Shown in pieces: positions 1 to 13,070 of a stretch of DNA of 64,000 nt (positions are counted from its first letter, which is position 1; the number at the start of each line of letters is the position of its first letter). The position numbers were made by a program, and so were the translations under genes. This DNA comes from Octopus sinensis (Eukaryota). The stretch spans positions 84,506,001-84,570,000 of the forward strand of contig NC_043001.1 in NCBI RefSeq assembly GCF_006345805.1, written 5' to 3'. The notes below the pieces were generated by a model. It saw only the letters and a list, made by a program, of their open reading frames with translations. It was not told the DNA's origin and made no database searches.

Positions 1-344
1 TCCAATTAAACAATTTAGATAAGCAGGCATACAATTGTGGGGCTTTAAACATGTAGTTGTTACTGTGTACGTTGTTCCTGATACGAGTGTTTAGGGAGCT
101 GGTTTGGAAGTTTTTTTTTCTTTTGAGTACGCCACAACTTTTTGCAAACTGACCTACAATAGCATATATATATATGTGTGTGTGCGTGTGTGTGTGTATG
201 TATGTGTGTGTGTGTATATATATATATCTTGTTTTTTAAGAAAAACATAAATCCGGAGAAGCACACTCTGTCCTCATGTCTTTCAACCTTGTCCACCAAA
301 CAACTTCTATCGCACAGTCACCAGCCAAAGGAAAGTTAATAATC

Positions 345-730
345 ATAATAAAAATAATCGTTTCTACTATAGGTACAAAATCTGAAATTTGTAGGAAAGG
401 GACAAGTCGATTACATCGACTCCAGTACCTAACTGCTGCTTATTTGATCGACCCCGAAATGATAAAAGGCAGAGTCGACCGCGAAGGTATTTGATCTTAG
501 ACCGTCAGACAGACGAAATGCCTTTAATAAAAAATCCTTTCTACTATAGGCACAATGCCTGAATTTTTTCTTTGTGTGGGGGGACTAGTCAATTACATCT
601 CCACTTGTACTCATTATATCGACCCCAAAAGGACGAACGGTAAAGTCAACCTCGGTGGAAATTGAACAGACTAAATACTGCAAAGCATTTTGACCGGTGT
701 ACTAATGATTCTATCCGCTCGCCGCCTTCC
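345..730 (-). mobile_element. Two degenerate tandem copies of tRNA-derived SINE family B
   Basis: Reverse-complement similarity to the full copy at 54818-55049 (GTCGACCTCGGCGGAATTTGAACTCAGAAC and GTCGATTACATCGAC motifs). Confidence 0.7.
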
Positions 731-798
731 TTAATAATGATAATAATAATAATGATAGTAGTAGTAGTAATAATAAATAATAATAATAATAATAATAA

Positions 799-1222
799 AT
801 TAAGGCCAATAGGCCGGATATAGTTGTCAGAGATTATTTTAAAAAATGCTTTCTAATTGATGCATCACTACCAGCAGATGACAACGTTTCTCTAAAAGAA
901 AGGGAGAAAGTTTCAAAATACAAAGACCTGGAAATAGAGGTAACTTGAATGTGGAATATAAACACAGAAACAATTCCTATCATCGTAGGCGCATTAGGTA
1001 TGATAAAAAAATATTCAGACAAATACATAACAAAAACACCAGGACTTACAAATATATACAACATACAGAAAATTGCACTACTGGACACGACACACATCCT
1101 ACGCAAAACACTTTCAATACAGTAACCATAAGAGCATCACAACAAACCACAGCACATACCCAAGGCACACAGAGCTGCGCTCGGTAGTGAAGTGAAAGCA
1201 CGCTATAGAAATAAAACTACTG
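799..1222 (+). mobile_element. 5'-truncated R4/Dong-like non-LTR retrotransposon, 3' end with restriction-like endonuclease (RLE) domain
   Basis: Frame 799-1125 reads IKANRPDIVVRD..CFLIDASLPADDNVSLKEREKVSKYKDL..IPIIVGALG..IQKIALLDTTHILRKTL* (RPD..D..K motif, one internal stop). Short 3' UTR; (AAT)n tracts on both sides. Confidence 0.8.
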
Positions 1223-1822
1223 AATAATAATAATAATAATATTAATAATAATGACGATGATAATACTAATACTAATACTAATAATAATAATGACAATGAT
1301 AATACTAATACTACTACTACTAATAATAATAATGATAATGATAATAATAAGCGAGAAATGGAAAGCAAGAGAGAGGGGGAAGGGAGAAGGAGAGAGTTGG
1401 AAGTAGGGAGAAACCGACAAAGTGAAAGTGAAGCTAGAGATATGTTGATAAATAGATTAACAGATACATTGAAGTATAAATACTGAAGCGCATAAACATG
1501 TTCACGCATATATTACATATTTTAACAGATATAATCATGAATGGTAGCACAGTGTTGCATCAACGGGGATATTGTGGGTTCAAAAGAATTCCACCCAGTA
1601 CACGAAACTCATACACTGATATCTGGACGTAATTTTACCCAGCTGTAATAACATAGTGAAAGTCATAAATCGAAAAGCTGTTAAGAAGCACGTTTTACAA
1701 ACACAATGTATCCGGTTCAGTCCCACTGCACGGCAACATGGACAAGTGTTTCGACAATACCCCCAGGCTGACTAATTATTTGTGAGCGAATTAGGTAGAC
1801 AGAAGCTGCGTGGGAGCCCGTC

Positions 1823-1875
<53 letters not shown>

Positions 1876-1878
<3 letters not shown>

Positions 1879-2255
1879 ATATATAAACGGCAGTTTGTCT
1901 GTGCGTTTTCTGTGTGTCTGTTTTCTCGTACCCTCACTCTGACCACGGCTTTCAACCGATTCTGATGAAACTTGACACACACATAGCCCAATGTCATAAT
2001 TCAAAACTAACGCAGCGAAAATTTTGAAAAGTTCCCCCAGTTCTGAAAAAAATCGATAAATTCGACATGGGGTCGAGAATGAGAAACCCAAACCACAGAC
2101 CGTCTAGGGGACGCAACTCCACCTGTTTTAACTCTCAAAAAAAATTTACCATAATTTTTTTTCCATTTTTTTGCTATTTTTTGGCTATAACTCTCTAAAA
2201 ATGCTTTATAGTTATTTCTCTTACAAACCTGAGCAACGCCGGGCGATACTGCTAG
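1876..2255 (+). mobile_element. Non-autonomous Helitron
   Basis: Starts TCTATATATAAA, ends GCAACGCCGGGCGATACTGCTAG, inserted between A and T with no TSD. Confidence 0.75.
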
Positions 2256-3784
2256 TATATATATATACATATATTTAAATTTTAAATAATAAGGGTGAAA
2301 AATTGAATATAAATTTGATTAATACCAATTTAAAACCAGTGGTCTAGCATATTAAAATCTGAAGATTCAGAAAAATTATATTACATATAAACACGCATGG
2401 AGTCGAACTAGGGACACCTGATATGGGGGTAATTATGCGGATAAACAAACTAGATACATTAAATATATTAAATATATCAAATATATTAGATATAATTGTG
2501 TAGGCTATGAAATACAAAATATGTATATGTGTATACATGCAAACAAACAAAAAGCAAAAGGTGAAGGTTTTCAGATGATGAGTTTTTAAGTATAAATATA
2601 ATTTATATCAATAGGTCCAATCTGCACAGAGTGCAAACGACAGAGAAATTTAAAGCGGTGAATGTAAGGTGTTATAAGTCCAACAGCTTTTTCTGGGGGA
2701 TCGAAGATCTGTAATAGTGTTGGTAGATATAGTTCATCACATTATGCGCCCGTAATGGATGCAGTCAACATTGAATAAGACGAGCCTCCGTCACCAGGGT
2801 AGAAAAGATCTTACATTTCAGATCTTAATGTAGAGAAGTTCAAATCCGTGAACTTAGTGGTTCTGGTGAGGGGTGAGGGGTTTTGGTAAGAGAGAAGAAA
2901 ATCAAGCAAAGGCTTAAGTTAATGTTTAGTGTTTGTGTAGTTGAGATACGTATGTATGCATACACACACACACATATATACATACACATGCACACACGTA
3001 TATGCACACACACATATATCATTTAATAACAGTTTGACTCAGCTCCATGAAGCTTAAAGTTTCGGAGGATAATATAGCGAATCTATCTCGTCCTCTAGAT
3101 AACAGCTTCTCGAGTTAGGCTCTTTCTACGAGGTGACAAAACGTTGAGTTGTATGGAACTGTTTCAAATGCTATTAAATAAGTTATTTAACTTGTATCAA
3201 ATGTACTGAGTCCCACTTTTTTTCGTTTGTTTACTCACCCACGTGTTTTCGGTTCAATAGCCCCTATCAGAGTAAGGTCGGGCAATTGTCGTACTGAGGA
3301 ATGCTAGTCAACCAGAAACAGTTGTCCACAGCTGTCCTGTTATCACCAGGCGAAAACTCTGTCCATTTTTTTTCAACAGCATGTCTGTTTTAGAGAAATC
3401 TTGAATCTTGGGATTATCTTCCTTTCTCAATTGCCATTAGATAGTTTTAATAGATCATGAAGTTTTGTGATATGGTAATTGACTTACAGGTATTCGTCTA
3501 TGTAATACAAATACGAGCTCATATTTTTCTTAGATTATCTGGTTAATGTTCACTAGCAACGCTTATTTTTTTTTTCACATAATTAACTTCATGTGAGCTT
3601 AGCACATGTAGACCCACACTGATATCGTTGCCCTCAGTACATATACAAAAATGTAAGACAACTTATCTCTTCCCACTCGAGTTTCTCATCGATTACACTT
3701 AGAAAAGATAGTGAGTGATTAGTAAAAAACATTTAGGCATATCTTGTACTTTAGAAGAGACTCACGCTCTTAGTATATATATAT

Positions 3785-3844
<60 letters not shown>

Positions 3845-4010
3845 TGTATGTATATATATATATATATATATACCGCACACATATGCGTGTGATTGTATGT
3901 GTGAAAATGTATTGATGCATATATGTATATAAGTGTGTTTGTGTGTGTGTGTATGTAAGTTTATTCTTATACATGCAAACACACAGACACATTATATATA
4001 ATATACATGT

Positions 4011-4100
<90 letters not shown>
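4011..4100. repeat. (GA)n microsatellite
   Basis: Direct reading. Confidence 0.95.
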
Positions 4101-4103
<3 letters not shown>

Positions 4104-4199
4104 TATTGAATAGATGTATATAAAGTGTTTGGGCTAAATTTGACAGTTTGCATGAAAAGAAAAATAAAACAATATCCAAAAATAAGAGATTTCTAACGA

Positions 4200-4690
4200 T
4201 AAAAAAAATGTGGATAAGATTATGGCTGAGAGATCATATTTTATTCAAAGTAGTCGCCCTCAACTTCCACCACGGCCTTAAGATAACTCTTGAATCTGGC
4301 GCATTCGTTCTTCACTGTGTCGATGAGAAGATCTTCGAGCACCTCGTTGCTCTTGGCCAATAGTTAGGTCTTATTTATTCAAGCAGAGTTGTTGGTGTTC
4401 TTCTCAACTGCGCCCCATGGTTTTACAATCGAAGAAATTGGGTCTGGTGAAGTAGTAGAAATTCTCCGACAACCACTTATGACTATTTTCGGACCTATGG
4501 CAAGGAGCCAAATCCTGCTGTTGGATAAAACACGTGAAAATAATAGAGAGACGAGACAATTCGCCTCCGATCCCATTTAATAGTGATTTTTGTCGGTAAT
4601 CAACATTACGTTCCTGAATCGAACCGAGAACGAATCGAATCACCTGTCCATGACTTTCAGATGTTTTAGTACCCAGGGCAATATGTGAGT
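4200..4690 (-). pseudogene. Tc1/mariner (maT/DD37D-like) transposase remnant
   Basis: Minus-strand peptides FIQQQDLAPCHRSENSHKWLSENF and C-terminal CARFKSYLKAVVEVEGDYFE*. Confidence 0.65.
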
Positions 4691-4759
4691 CGTTTCCAAG
4701 GTGTTATGCACCAGCGAACAGGCAAACAAAGCACATATATTGACTATGTGCGGACGATA

Positions 4760-7035
4760 ATGCGCTAATTTTAATTCATTATTGAGTTTAATCCTACTCT
4801 ACATTGCCGCGGCATACCAGCAAATGGTTTTTAGGTCATTTATATGTAATTATGGACAGACTACACCTCCTCAAGGTCTTGTGTAAGATGTTCTCGGGTC
4901 CTTCAAAGAAGATGCACTTGGAAAATCTGGGGTCAGACATGCACGCTACATGTTCACTCCAACGCAACTGGAATTTGCTCAGGAAAGCATACACGCTTTG
5001 TACGTTAGTCCTCTCTCGAGCACGACTATATGGGGAATCATCTTGCTATTTGATGTTAAAACGACTACCGTCATAACCATATATGGTGTTTCATGGGTGA
5101 ATGCATCATGAAACATTGCGCAAAGCATCAAACTGAAAAGTGTGAGTACTAGAACAAAACCATGTCTCACCCCGTTAGGAACAACGGAAGGCGCGGAGAA
5201 TTCTCGATCATTTATGACACGAGCTTGCATGCCATCCTAAAATTTATGCATCATGTTAATGAATTTGCCTGGGCAACCAAATTTCTTCATTAATTCTCCC
5301 AAAGGCCGATTCTGCTTAAAAAGCCCTGATCAGGTCGATGAATAAGGTGTAGAGGTCTCGGTTTTGATCCTGACGTTTTTCATGAGGCTGCCTTGTAGCA
5401 AAGATGATGTCCGTGGCTCCCACAGGTTTTTCTAAAACCACACTGACCTTCATGAAGAAGCCCAGACTTAAGACGTTGTTTGAGCCGATTGAGCATGATC
5501 CCTGCCAGGATTTTGCTGTGATGGTCAGCAGTGATATGTTCCCATGGTTCTTTCACTCTACAATGATTCCTTTTATTTTATAAAGGTGTACAATTCTGGT
5601 AGAATTAGACCCTGTTCCCACATTTCCGTTCGCCGTGTCTATAGATCTAAGTAGGAATTTCCTCAGAGGCAGGGTTGAGCATTTCATTGCCAATTGAATT
5701 TCACCAAGTGTAATGAAACACTCAATCAATAGTTAGTGGGCAGCTGATGTAGACGATTTATTGCCTCTGCGTTTATATGAGCGGGACAGTTTAAGAGAGA
5801 ATCAGTGTTCTGCTCATCACTTTCGTATCAACGATTTCTTTATCAATAAAATAAGGCCATTCGCGCTGAGCAAGGGGGCTGTTCTTGCTTTTTGAGGTCT
5901 ATATATAGAATGAATTGTTGTATAAATGCCTTTAATGTATTTTATCTCAGCTTCATGATATATTTCCCTAGCTCGTTGCTGAAATCGCTCATTTTCCAAA
6001 CTGAGAAGTTTTTCTGTAGTAGGTGACAACTCCTTTATGCTGATTCATTTCCTTGTGTATTGTTTTCAAGAAACTTTTGCTGTAATTGCTCCTTCCTGCT
6101 TAACAATTCTGATATTTCATCGTCATTCTCATCAAACTATTCTTTGTGTTTGTGTTCTATTTTCCTTTATACTTCGAGGGATGATGCATAAACAGTAGTG
6201 TGGAATTTCATCCATTTTCCCTCAATGTTATTCACTGTCTCTAATGAGTGTGTCTATTTATAATCCAGCATAGCACGCGTATTCTTGGATCTGAGTTTGT
6301 TGAGGTTCAGAGAAGTTTCTATTACTTTTTCATGAGGTCGTCTTCTCATCTTCAATTTGAGTTTACACTAAGCTTTCATTAGCCGTTGGTCAGTCTATTA
6401 ATCAGCGCCATATATACACTTGGCAAACACATGGTGTACCGACCTTTCTGACAACTAATGATGAAGTCAGTCAAGTGTCAGTGTTTAGACCGGAGGTGCA
6501 TCCAAGATGTGTGGTTCCCAAGAAGCAGTTTAAGCGTGGCGTTTTTCAGGAGCAACGGATTCACAGTGCAGAACTGGAGCAAAAATCCATTACTGGAATT
6601 GCGAGGGCCAAATTTATTTGTTCTAATTCTGGCATTGATGCCTTCCAGTAAGATGAGGTTTTCTTTTTGTGGAATGAGAGAAATTAGAGATGAAAATTCT
6701 TTGCAGAGTTTCATTTTCAATGCTTGGTCATTAGACGTCGTCGAGGAAAAGCAGCTCACAAGATTGAGAAAATTATTTCCTTTCGTTGCCAGTCTCAGGA
6801 TCATACGCCGATCATTTATGGCTTTTGGAAGGACGGTGACATTTTGCTAGGCAGTTTTTCACTGAAAAAGCTACACCAGCTTCGTGCTCCTTCTCCTTCT
6901 TCTCCTTCTTTGACTGGAGTTTTCCGGATTCTGGAAGTCTTGTTTCGGTGAGAGTAGCTATGTTATTGTTGTCCCTCGATAATTCTTTACCAACAAGGAC
7001 TGAGTTTCTTGCAAGCCTTCCTAGTTCGTTGTTAT
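4760..7035 (-). mobile_element. Degenerate RTE-clade (BovB-like) LINE with APE endonuclease and RT
   Basis: APE motifs (TLTETRLPESG; LILLEGINARI..NSSNGFLLQFC..TSWMHLRSKH), RT GCPGKFINMMHKF*DGMQARV..NGVRHGFVL..LFSLML, thumb QLRWSEHVACMSDPRFSK. Many stops, frameshifts and an internal deletion. Confidence 0.85.
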
Positions 7036-7040
7036 ATATA

Positions 7041-7210
7041 GGTGCAGGCGTGGATGTGTGGCTATGTGGTAAGAAGCTTGCTTCCCGACCACATGGTTCC
7101 GTGTTCAGTCCCACTGCCTGGCACCTTGGGCAGGTTTCTTCTACTATAGCCTCGGGCCAACCAAAACCTTGTAAGTGAATTTAGTTGACGGAAACTGAAA
7201 GAAACTCGCA
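7041..7210 (+). mobile_element. tRNA-derived SINE family A, 5' part
   Basis: Matches full copies at 14873 and 52561 (A-box-like GTGGCTGTGTGGTAAG, B-box-like GGTTCAGTCCC). Confidence 0.8.
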
Positions 7211-7224
7211 TATATATATCAGGC

Positions 7225-7530
7225 TGTTGACTAGGAGAACGCAAACATGATTTAATCAGTAAGCTTGGCAGGAAAGAAACGTGCCTTTAAGCAGTACGAA
7301 AACAACAAAAAATTGAAGGTGGAGTTATGTACAGGTTGACGGAAGAAAAGCAGGACAAAAACGGCTTTTTTCGATCGCATTCTCACCTGGAATCGATGTT
7401 TGCAATTTTTTCAAGACTTATACACGCCCTGATACCGTCGGTATCTACATATCAAATTTGAGCGCAATTGGATGGAGGATGCTCGAGATCCGAGAAGACA
7501 AACACACAGGCAGAACGGATTTTATATATA
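7225..7530 (-). mobile_element. Helitron-like repeat fragment (family also at 26820-27008 and 35298-35470)
   Basis: Near-identical to 26820-27008, whose minus strand starts TCTATTATATAAAATCCGTTCTGTCTG (Helitron-type 5' end). Confidence 0.55.
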
Positions 7531-7589
7531 TGCACACACACACACAGAGAAAGGTTGGGAGGGAGATGTAAGTAAATAGTTAGATAGAC

Positions 7590-7593
7590 AGAC

Positions 7594-7685
<92 letters not shown>

Positions 7686-7695
7686 GATAGATAGA
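7590..7695. repeat. (GATA)n microsatellite
   Basis: Direct reading. Confidence 0.95.
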
Positions 7696-8234
7696 TAAAT
7701 ATGTTGGTAGTGTATTAACATCTTTCTCTCATTTTTTTCTCAGTCACTCTCAAATTTTCCTTCCTGCGTTTCTTTTTCTTTAAAAGTATTAAACTGTAAT
7801 TTCAGTGCTAATGCTCCACATACCACAATTTATTTTGTAACGTGTCCGACACAAGATATACAACTGCAAACTGTTTCATCCCTAATTCTCCATATTAGAA
7901 AATTAGTCACGTAAGTTCTCAATGCCAAATAATGAACGGACTCCATACATTTTTTACGCCAACATAGTTACTCGAGTCTCCACCAAACACTTACCAATAT
8001 TCACACACACAGGTTGATGCGCACGCACGCAGCACGCATACATACATATACCTAAATACTAACACACATACATATACATACATGCTTGTGTGAGTGTATA
8101 AGAGAGAGGGGGTAGCCTTATTAATATACTCACATACACACCTACTCATACTCAAGTACAACGATATCATGTTCACATATGCCGACATATACACTAAAGT
8201 TAACATATTCTGCCCACACAGACACACAGACACA

Positions 8235-8275
<41 letters not shown>

Positions 8276-9860
8276 GCACATTCACAAACACGTACACACA
8301 AATAGAGGCTAAGATAATCACGCACAAGTATATATACAAAGAGCTGTACGAATGTCACTAATTTTCTTCTCATCAAGCGAGTCGTTTGTAAATAAAGATA
8401 AAGTCCATTTTTAAATGACACCTTTTGTTATTTGTAATAAAATATTTAAGTGAATCAGGTGCAGAAAGTTTGTTAATGACAGAGATGAGAAGAGGGTCAA
8501 ATTACATTAATTATTTCATACAGAATATTCGGATCTCTCACAATCTGTAGCATGAGTCCTAATCAACAAGTTACAAGTGTAGGTACATGGTAATAAGTTT
8601 GCTTTCCCACCACATAGTTCCAGGTTCTGCCACACTGCTTTACACACTGGCCTAGACTATTTTACTTTAGCCTCGAGCTGACGAAAGACTTGTGAGTAAT
8701 CTTGAACCGAAACATACACACGCACACATACACACATACACTCACACACAGACTCACACACACTCACACAGACATACATACATACATACATACATACATA
8801 CATACATACATACATACATACATACATGATGGCTGCCCTCTCGTTATCGAGTATGGCTATTGCACGAAGCTTAACTGGTATTGGTACTGTAATCGAATGT
8901 GACTTTTATTTGCTTTTTAAGGCTACACCCAGACATTCAGTTGAGACTCACAGCACCATCGACAATCATGAACAATGTTGTTATCGTGCAATGCCTGTGC
9001 AGGAAGATTTTTTTTAAAGTGAGGAAAGGCTGTGCACTGAGTCAATCCCACTCACTAAGCAACAGCAGCCATAATCCGAAAAGAAGAACAAGTCAACATC
9101 ATCTCTAACCACTGAACCGCAGGTTTTATGTCGGAGTTATCCCAGTTACCTAAGTTACCTTCTCCTAGAAGGATGCCCTAACAAAGGCTACGAGTCCTTC
9201 ACTTCCAATGGTTTAACCGCGCGATCGGGTATTCAGTCCGATTATTTCTATGTCCCCGCGCATGATACAGCCTTAAGCCTTAAGAAGAAAAAAATTACAC
9301 ATTTATTGGATGGCCATTGACTCTCAAGAGTTCCTCCGCCCTTTGACGGGTTTTGTTTTTCATCCCGCAGGGTGTCCAATAAACACCCTCCTCACCAAGC
9401 AAGCCCGACCATGCAACAGGTTGTAATGCAACAGGTTACATGCAACAGGTTACATGTTACCAGTAGCACTCGAAAGTGACCTGACATAATTACGTTACAA
9501 GTGTAGCTACATGGTAATAAGTTTGCTTCCCCACCACATAGTTCCAGGTTCTGCCACACTGCTTGACACACTGGCCTAGACTCTTTTACTTTAGCTCCGA
9601 GCTGACAAAAGACTTGTGAGTAATCTTGAACCGAAACATACACACGCACACATACACACACACACTCACACACAAACTCACACACACACTGACACACATA
9701 CATACCACTTGCTAGAGACAGAGCCATCGCTCCAAAACCACCAATTACTCATTATTAAAATATATAAGTTCGTTTAGAATGTCGAGGGAACATTCAATAG
9801 TAAAGAACACACACGGCGTAATGTGATGAATATTGCAGAAATATATGTTATAGTGTTATG

Positions 9861-9921
9861 TTCAGCTGATGAGCTTAAAGTCTGATTTTTCATACAGAAA
9901 GCGAAATCAATTGATCCTGAA
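9861..9921 (+). ncRNA. Type I hammerhead ribozyme, canonical core
   Basis: Stem I TTCAG/CTGAA; core CTGATGA 9866-9872; stem II GCTT/AAGC plus inner TCTG/CAGA; GAAA 9903-9906; stem III A-U,U-A,C-G with AATT loop; cleavage triplet AUC (C17=9916). Confidence 0.8.
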
Positions 9922-10158
9922 ATATACCACTTCCTTACTTCTGTATCCACACAAGGTAGCCTGTTTCTGTTATATTTATTGCCTTGGCCGTGTGTATTTT
10001 AATAGTGAGTAATAAATCTGGGAGCGATAGCGATAGCTCTGATCATAGCAAGTGGTATCTAAATACCCTGTTGAATTTGAATTTAGTTTCTATTTTACCT
10101 GTAAAGGTGTAAACTTGCTAGTCACTTTATTATTATTATATTATTATTATTATTATTA

Positions 10159-10213
<55 letters not shown>

Positions 10214-10256
10214 TATTATCAACGGTAATAGTACTTATTCAATATATATATATATA

Positions 10257-10760
10257 CTACCAGTGATACTTGGCGTTGCTCGGGATTAAAATGGAATAGT
10301 GTTTATATAATATATTACAGTTATGTTGAAAGAGGTGATATGGGAAAGTGCAGCATTGACAACAAAACATTTGCGGAGTAAATAATGGGCTAATTCAACT
10401 AAGCAACATGCTATGCCTCTGTTTGGAGTATTTCAGGCCCTAACCTCTGGGGAGTATGTGATTTTTGAACGCACCAAAAAGCTGTCAGTGGATATACTCC
10501 CTTTTGCAGCAGTCGGCGCTGTGTCTAACACGACCCATCGTCTGAAATGTTGACATCTCCTTCAAGTTTGTTGTCTTACATCACTCATAAAGTAAATTTG
10601 GAGGAACTGTTGTTGTTCATTTGTGGGTAACAGGGAACCAATGAAATGATAGACTTGCCCTTGAATACTGACGTCGGCATAAATTCATGCTTATCTATCT
10701 TCTTAGATGCACCAAACGATGTCATTTGCAGAGTTGTATTGTCTGATATTGCTCAGAAAA
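10257..10760 (-). mobile_element. Deleted Helitron with RepHel N-terminal fragment
   Basis: Degenerate 3' end (rc of TACCAGTGATACTTGGCGTTGCTCGGG). Minus-strand peptides NIRQYNS..MTSFGA and IQGQVYHFIGSLLPTNEQQQFLQIYF are typical of the Helitron Rep N-terminus. Confidence 0.65.
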
Positions 10761-10769
10761 TCATTTAAA

Positions 10770-11367
10770 ATCCGGAGGTGCCTTGCACTCTTCTTGGAAA
10801 AATGCTGAAGACTGGAATGATGATGAAAATTATGCAAAGGCAAGAGATATGGCATATGGACTCAAAGTGGTAAACGACATTGCGGAAAGAGGCTTGCGAC
10901 TGATAGAGGAATACTACAAACTGATAACCAATGATAAAGAGCAGAGACAATACCTTCTTCAAATTGTTAAAAGTTACAGGTCGTCACTCTCAAACAAAAA
11001 CAAGAAAACATTACTTTTGCTTCACAAGAAAGTTGTTATGATGTGCCTACTGAGGAAACTTACACATGAAAAAAGTTAACGCGATATACGCTGAACCTCA
11101 CTACGTACTATAGCCTAGAATGTCATAATTTTTTTTTCAAACTAGGTTAACTAAAGTACATATCAATCCCATTCCAGCGAAAATATCAACAAAATAATAT
11201 TTTTGAGCACAAAACTTATTTTCAAAGCTTAGTATCAACCTCTAATTTTCTCTTTTTTAATCCCAAATTTCGCATACAATGCTTTCTTAGGAATATGAAT
11301 ATAATAGGAGGGTGTCTCCTGAAAATTAAAACAAAAAATTTTATACCTTTTTTTTTACATCACCCTA
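10770..11367 (+). mobile_element. hATm-like DNA transposon 3' end (transposase C-terminus and TIR)
   Basis: EDWNDDENY..LKVVNDIAERGLRLIEEY..DKEQRQYLLQIV motif; ends in CACCCTA (rc TAGGGTG). Superfamily label is recalled, not searched. Confidence 0.55.
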
Positions 11368-11427
<60 letters not shown>

Positions 11428-11619
11428 AACATATGTGTAGTAAAACAGACGATTAGAAAGACATTTTGGTATTATTTATTCACTGTTATCAGTAGTACCA
11501 AACTTTTTTCCGATTTCGTGTTTTGAGATATAATTACTCTGCAAAAAATATTTTCCATTATTTTTTAACTCTTATGCATACCATAATTGAACGCGACGCA
11601 TCCATTTCTCCTTATCTTC

Positions 11620-12160
11620 TCCTTTTTGATGAGACTCTATACTACTTTCTTCATCCATCCTTCTCTAATTGCTTTTTCTCCTCTTCTCTTTTCACCGTTT
11701 TCCATCTCTCTCTCTCTCTCTCACCCCATCTTTCTGTAGTTGCTCATACGTAACTATTGTCCATCTTTCTTTTCCTGCACAGACGTTCAAAGGACTGGAC
11801 GTGTTTTTTTTCTATCTTTTCTCTTTCCAAAGAAAGTATTTCTCCCAGCGTTCTCAATTTTCCTCTCGTTCTGGTCTAATGACACTCCATGTTTGTTTTC
11901 GTTCTGTTTCCTTTTATGCGTCCACTGTCCTGTTTTTGTTCCCAACTTTGACCCTCCATAAATCCTAAATTTTATTTTAGAATCTATGGGAGCAGCTGTG
12001 TTTGAAGACATATTGTCTTTGAATGCTCGAAATACGGAGTAGATGCACAGCCGACAACTGATGAAAGATCCTTTCTCTTTATTTACTTGTCCTATTTTCC
12101 ATTTTTTTCTCTCGTTGTTTACGTATTTCATGTTGCTTCAACCGTTGGTAACGTCCTGTA
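11620..12160 (-). repeat. Interspersed repeat, inverted relative to copies at 53540-54000 and 57320-57720 (possibly PLE-derived)
   Basis: Alignable by eye to the two other copies. Confidence 0.6.
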
Positions 12161-12171
12161 CCCATATATGC

Positions 12172-12202
<31 letters not shown>

Positions 12203-13024
12203 CGAGAGGGATGACCACGGAAAAATTGCGTTAGTAAAATTACGTAATGTGGTGATAGGGAAACGTGTTTGTGATTAATCTATATTTTTGTTACTTTTCA
12301 TTTGTCTTGCTCGCTTACGATCTGGTGTTTCCTAAATTTTCTTGAGAACATTTCTTAGTGGTAAGACCATAGCGGATCTACTTCTAGTATAAGGGTTTTC
12401 CACATAGTGGTCATCCCTCTCATAAGTATGACATACAATTTACTGAACCTTCAGATATTAATATGCTAAACCACTGGTTTTAAATTGATGTTAATCAAAT
12501 TAACATCCACTTTTCACCCTCATTTTAAATTTATATATATATATATATAAAATATTATTAGAGACAAAACCACTATTTTGCAAAACAAACAAGGAAAGAC
12601 TTAATATCAATTCAGGGTGAATACTTGATAATTGTAAGCACCTGTATATGTCATTTAGTGGTGTAGGTGATAGAGTATATTTATCAAAATAAAAACATGA
12701 TGCAGTCGAAGCGTCCATCCCGTTTTTCACTCTACATCGAAGCGTCCATCCCGTTTTTCACTCTACATCGAGTGAAAAACGGGATGGACGCTTCGATTTT
12801 GTTTTGGTGCTTCGCTCTGTTGTACACGACTATGAGGATTTGCATCCCCAACATAATTCGTCTTTTTCCCAAACTAATGTAATACATGTCCTTGGAGTAG
12901 TAATTGTACGCGGCTGAAGAAGGCTATTGACATACAAATTACATCAATTATACATTGATATAAACCGCCTAATAAAAGCCAGAAACATATCTACCGCTAA
13001 ATCCTTTGCAACATGTTTTTATTT

Positions 13025-13066
<42 letters not shown>

Positions 13067-13070
<4 letters not shown>

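Noticed and set aside
12050-12090. CTGATGA in the dispersed repeat (also 1953, 20570, 27741)
   Set aside because: No correctly placed stem II-GAAA-stem III downstream.
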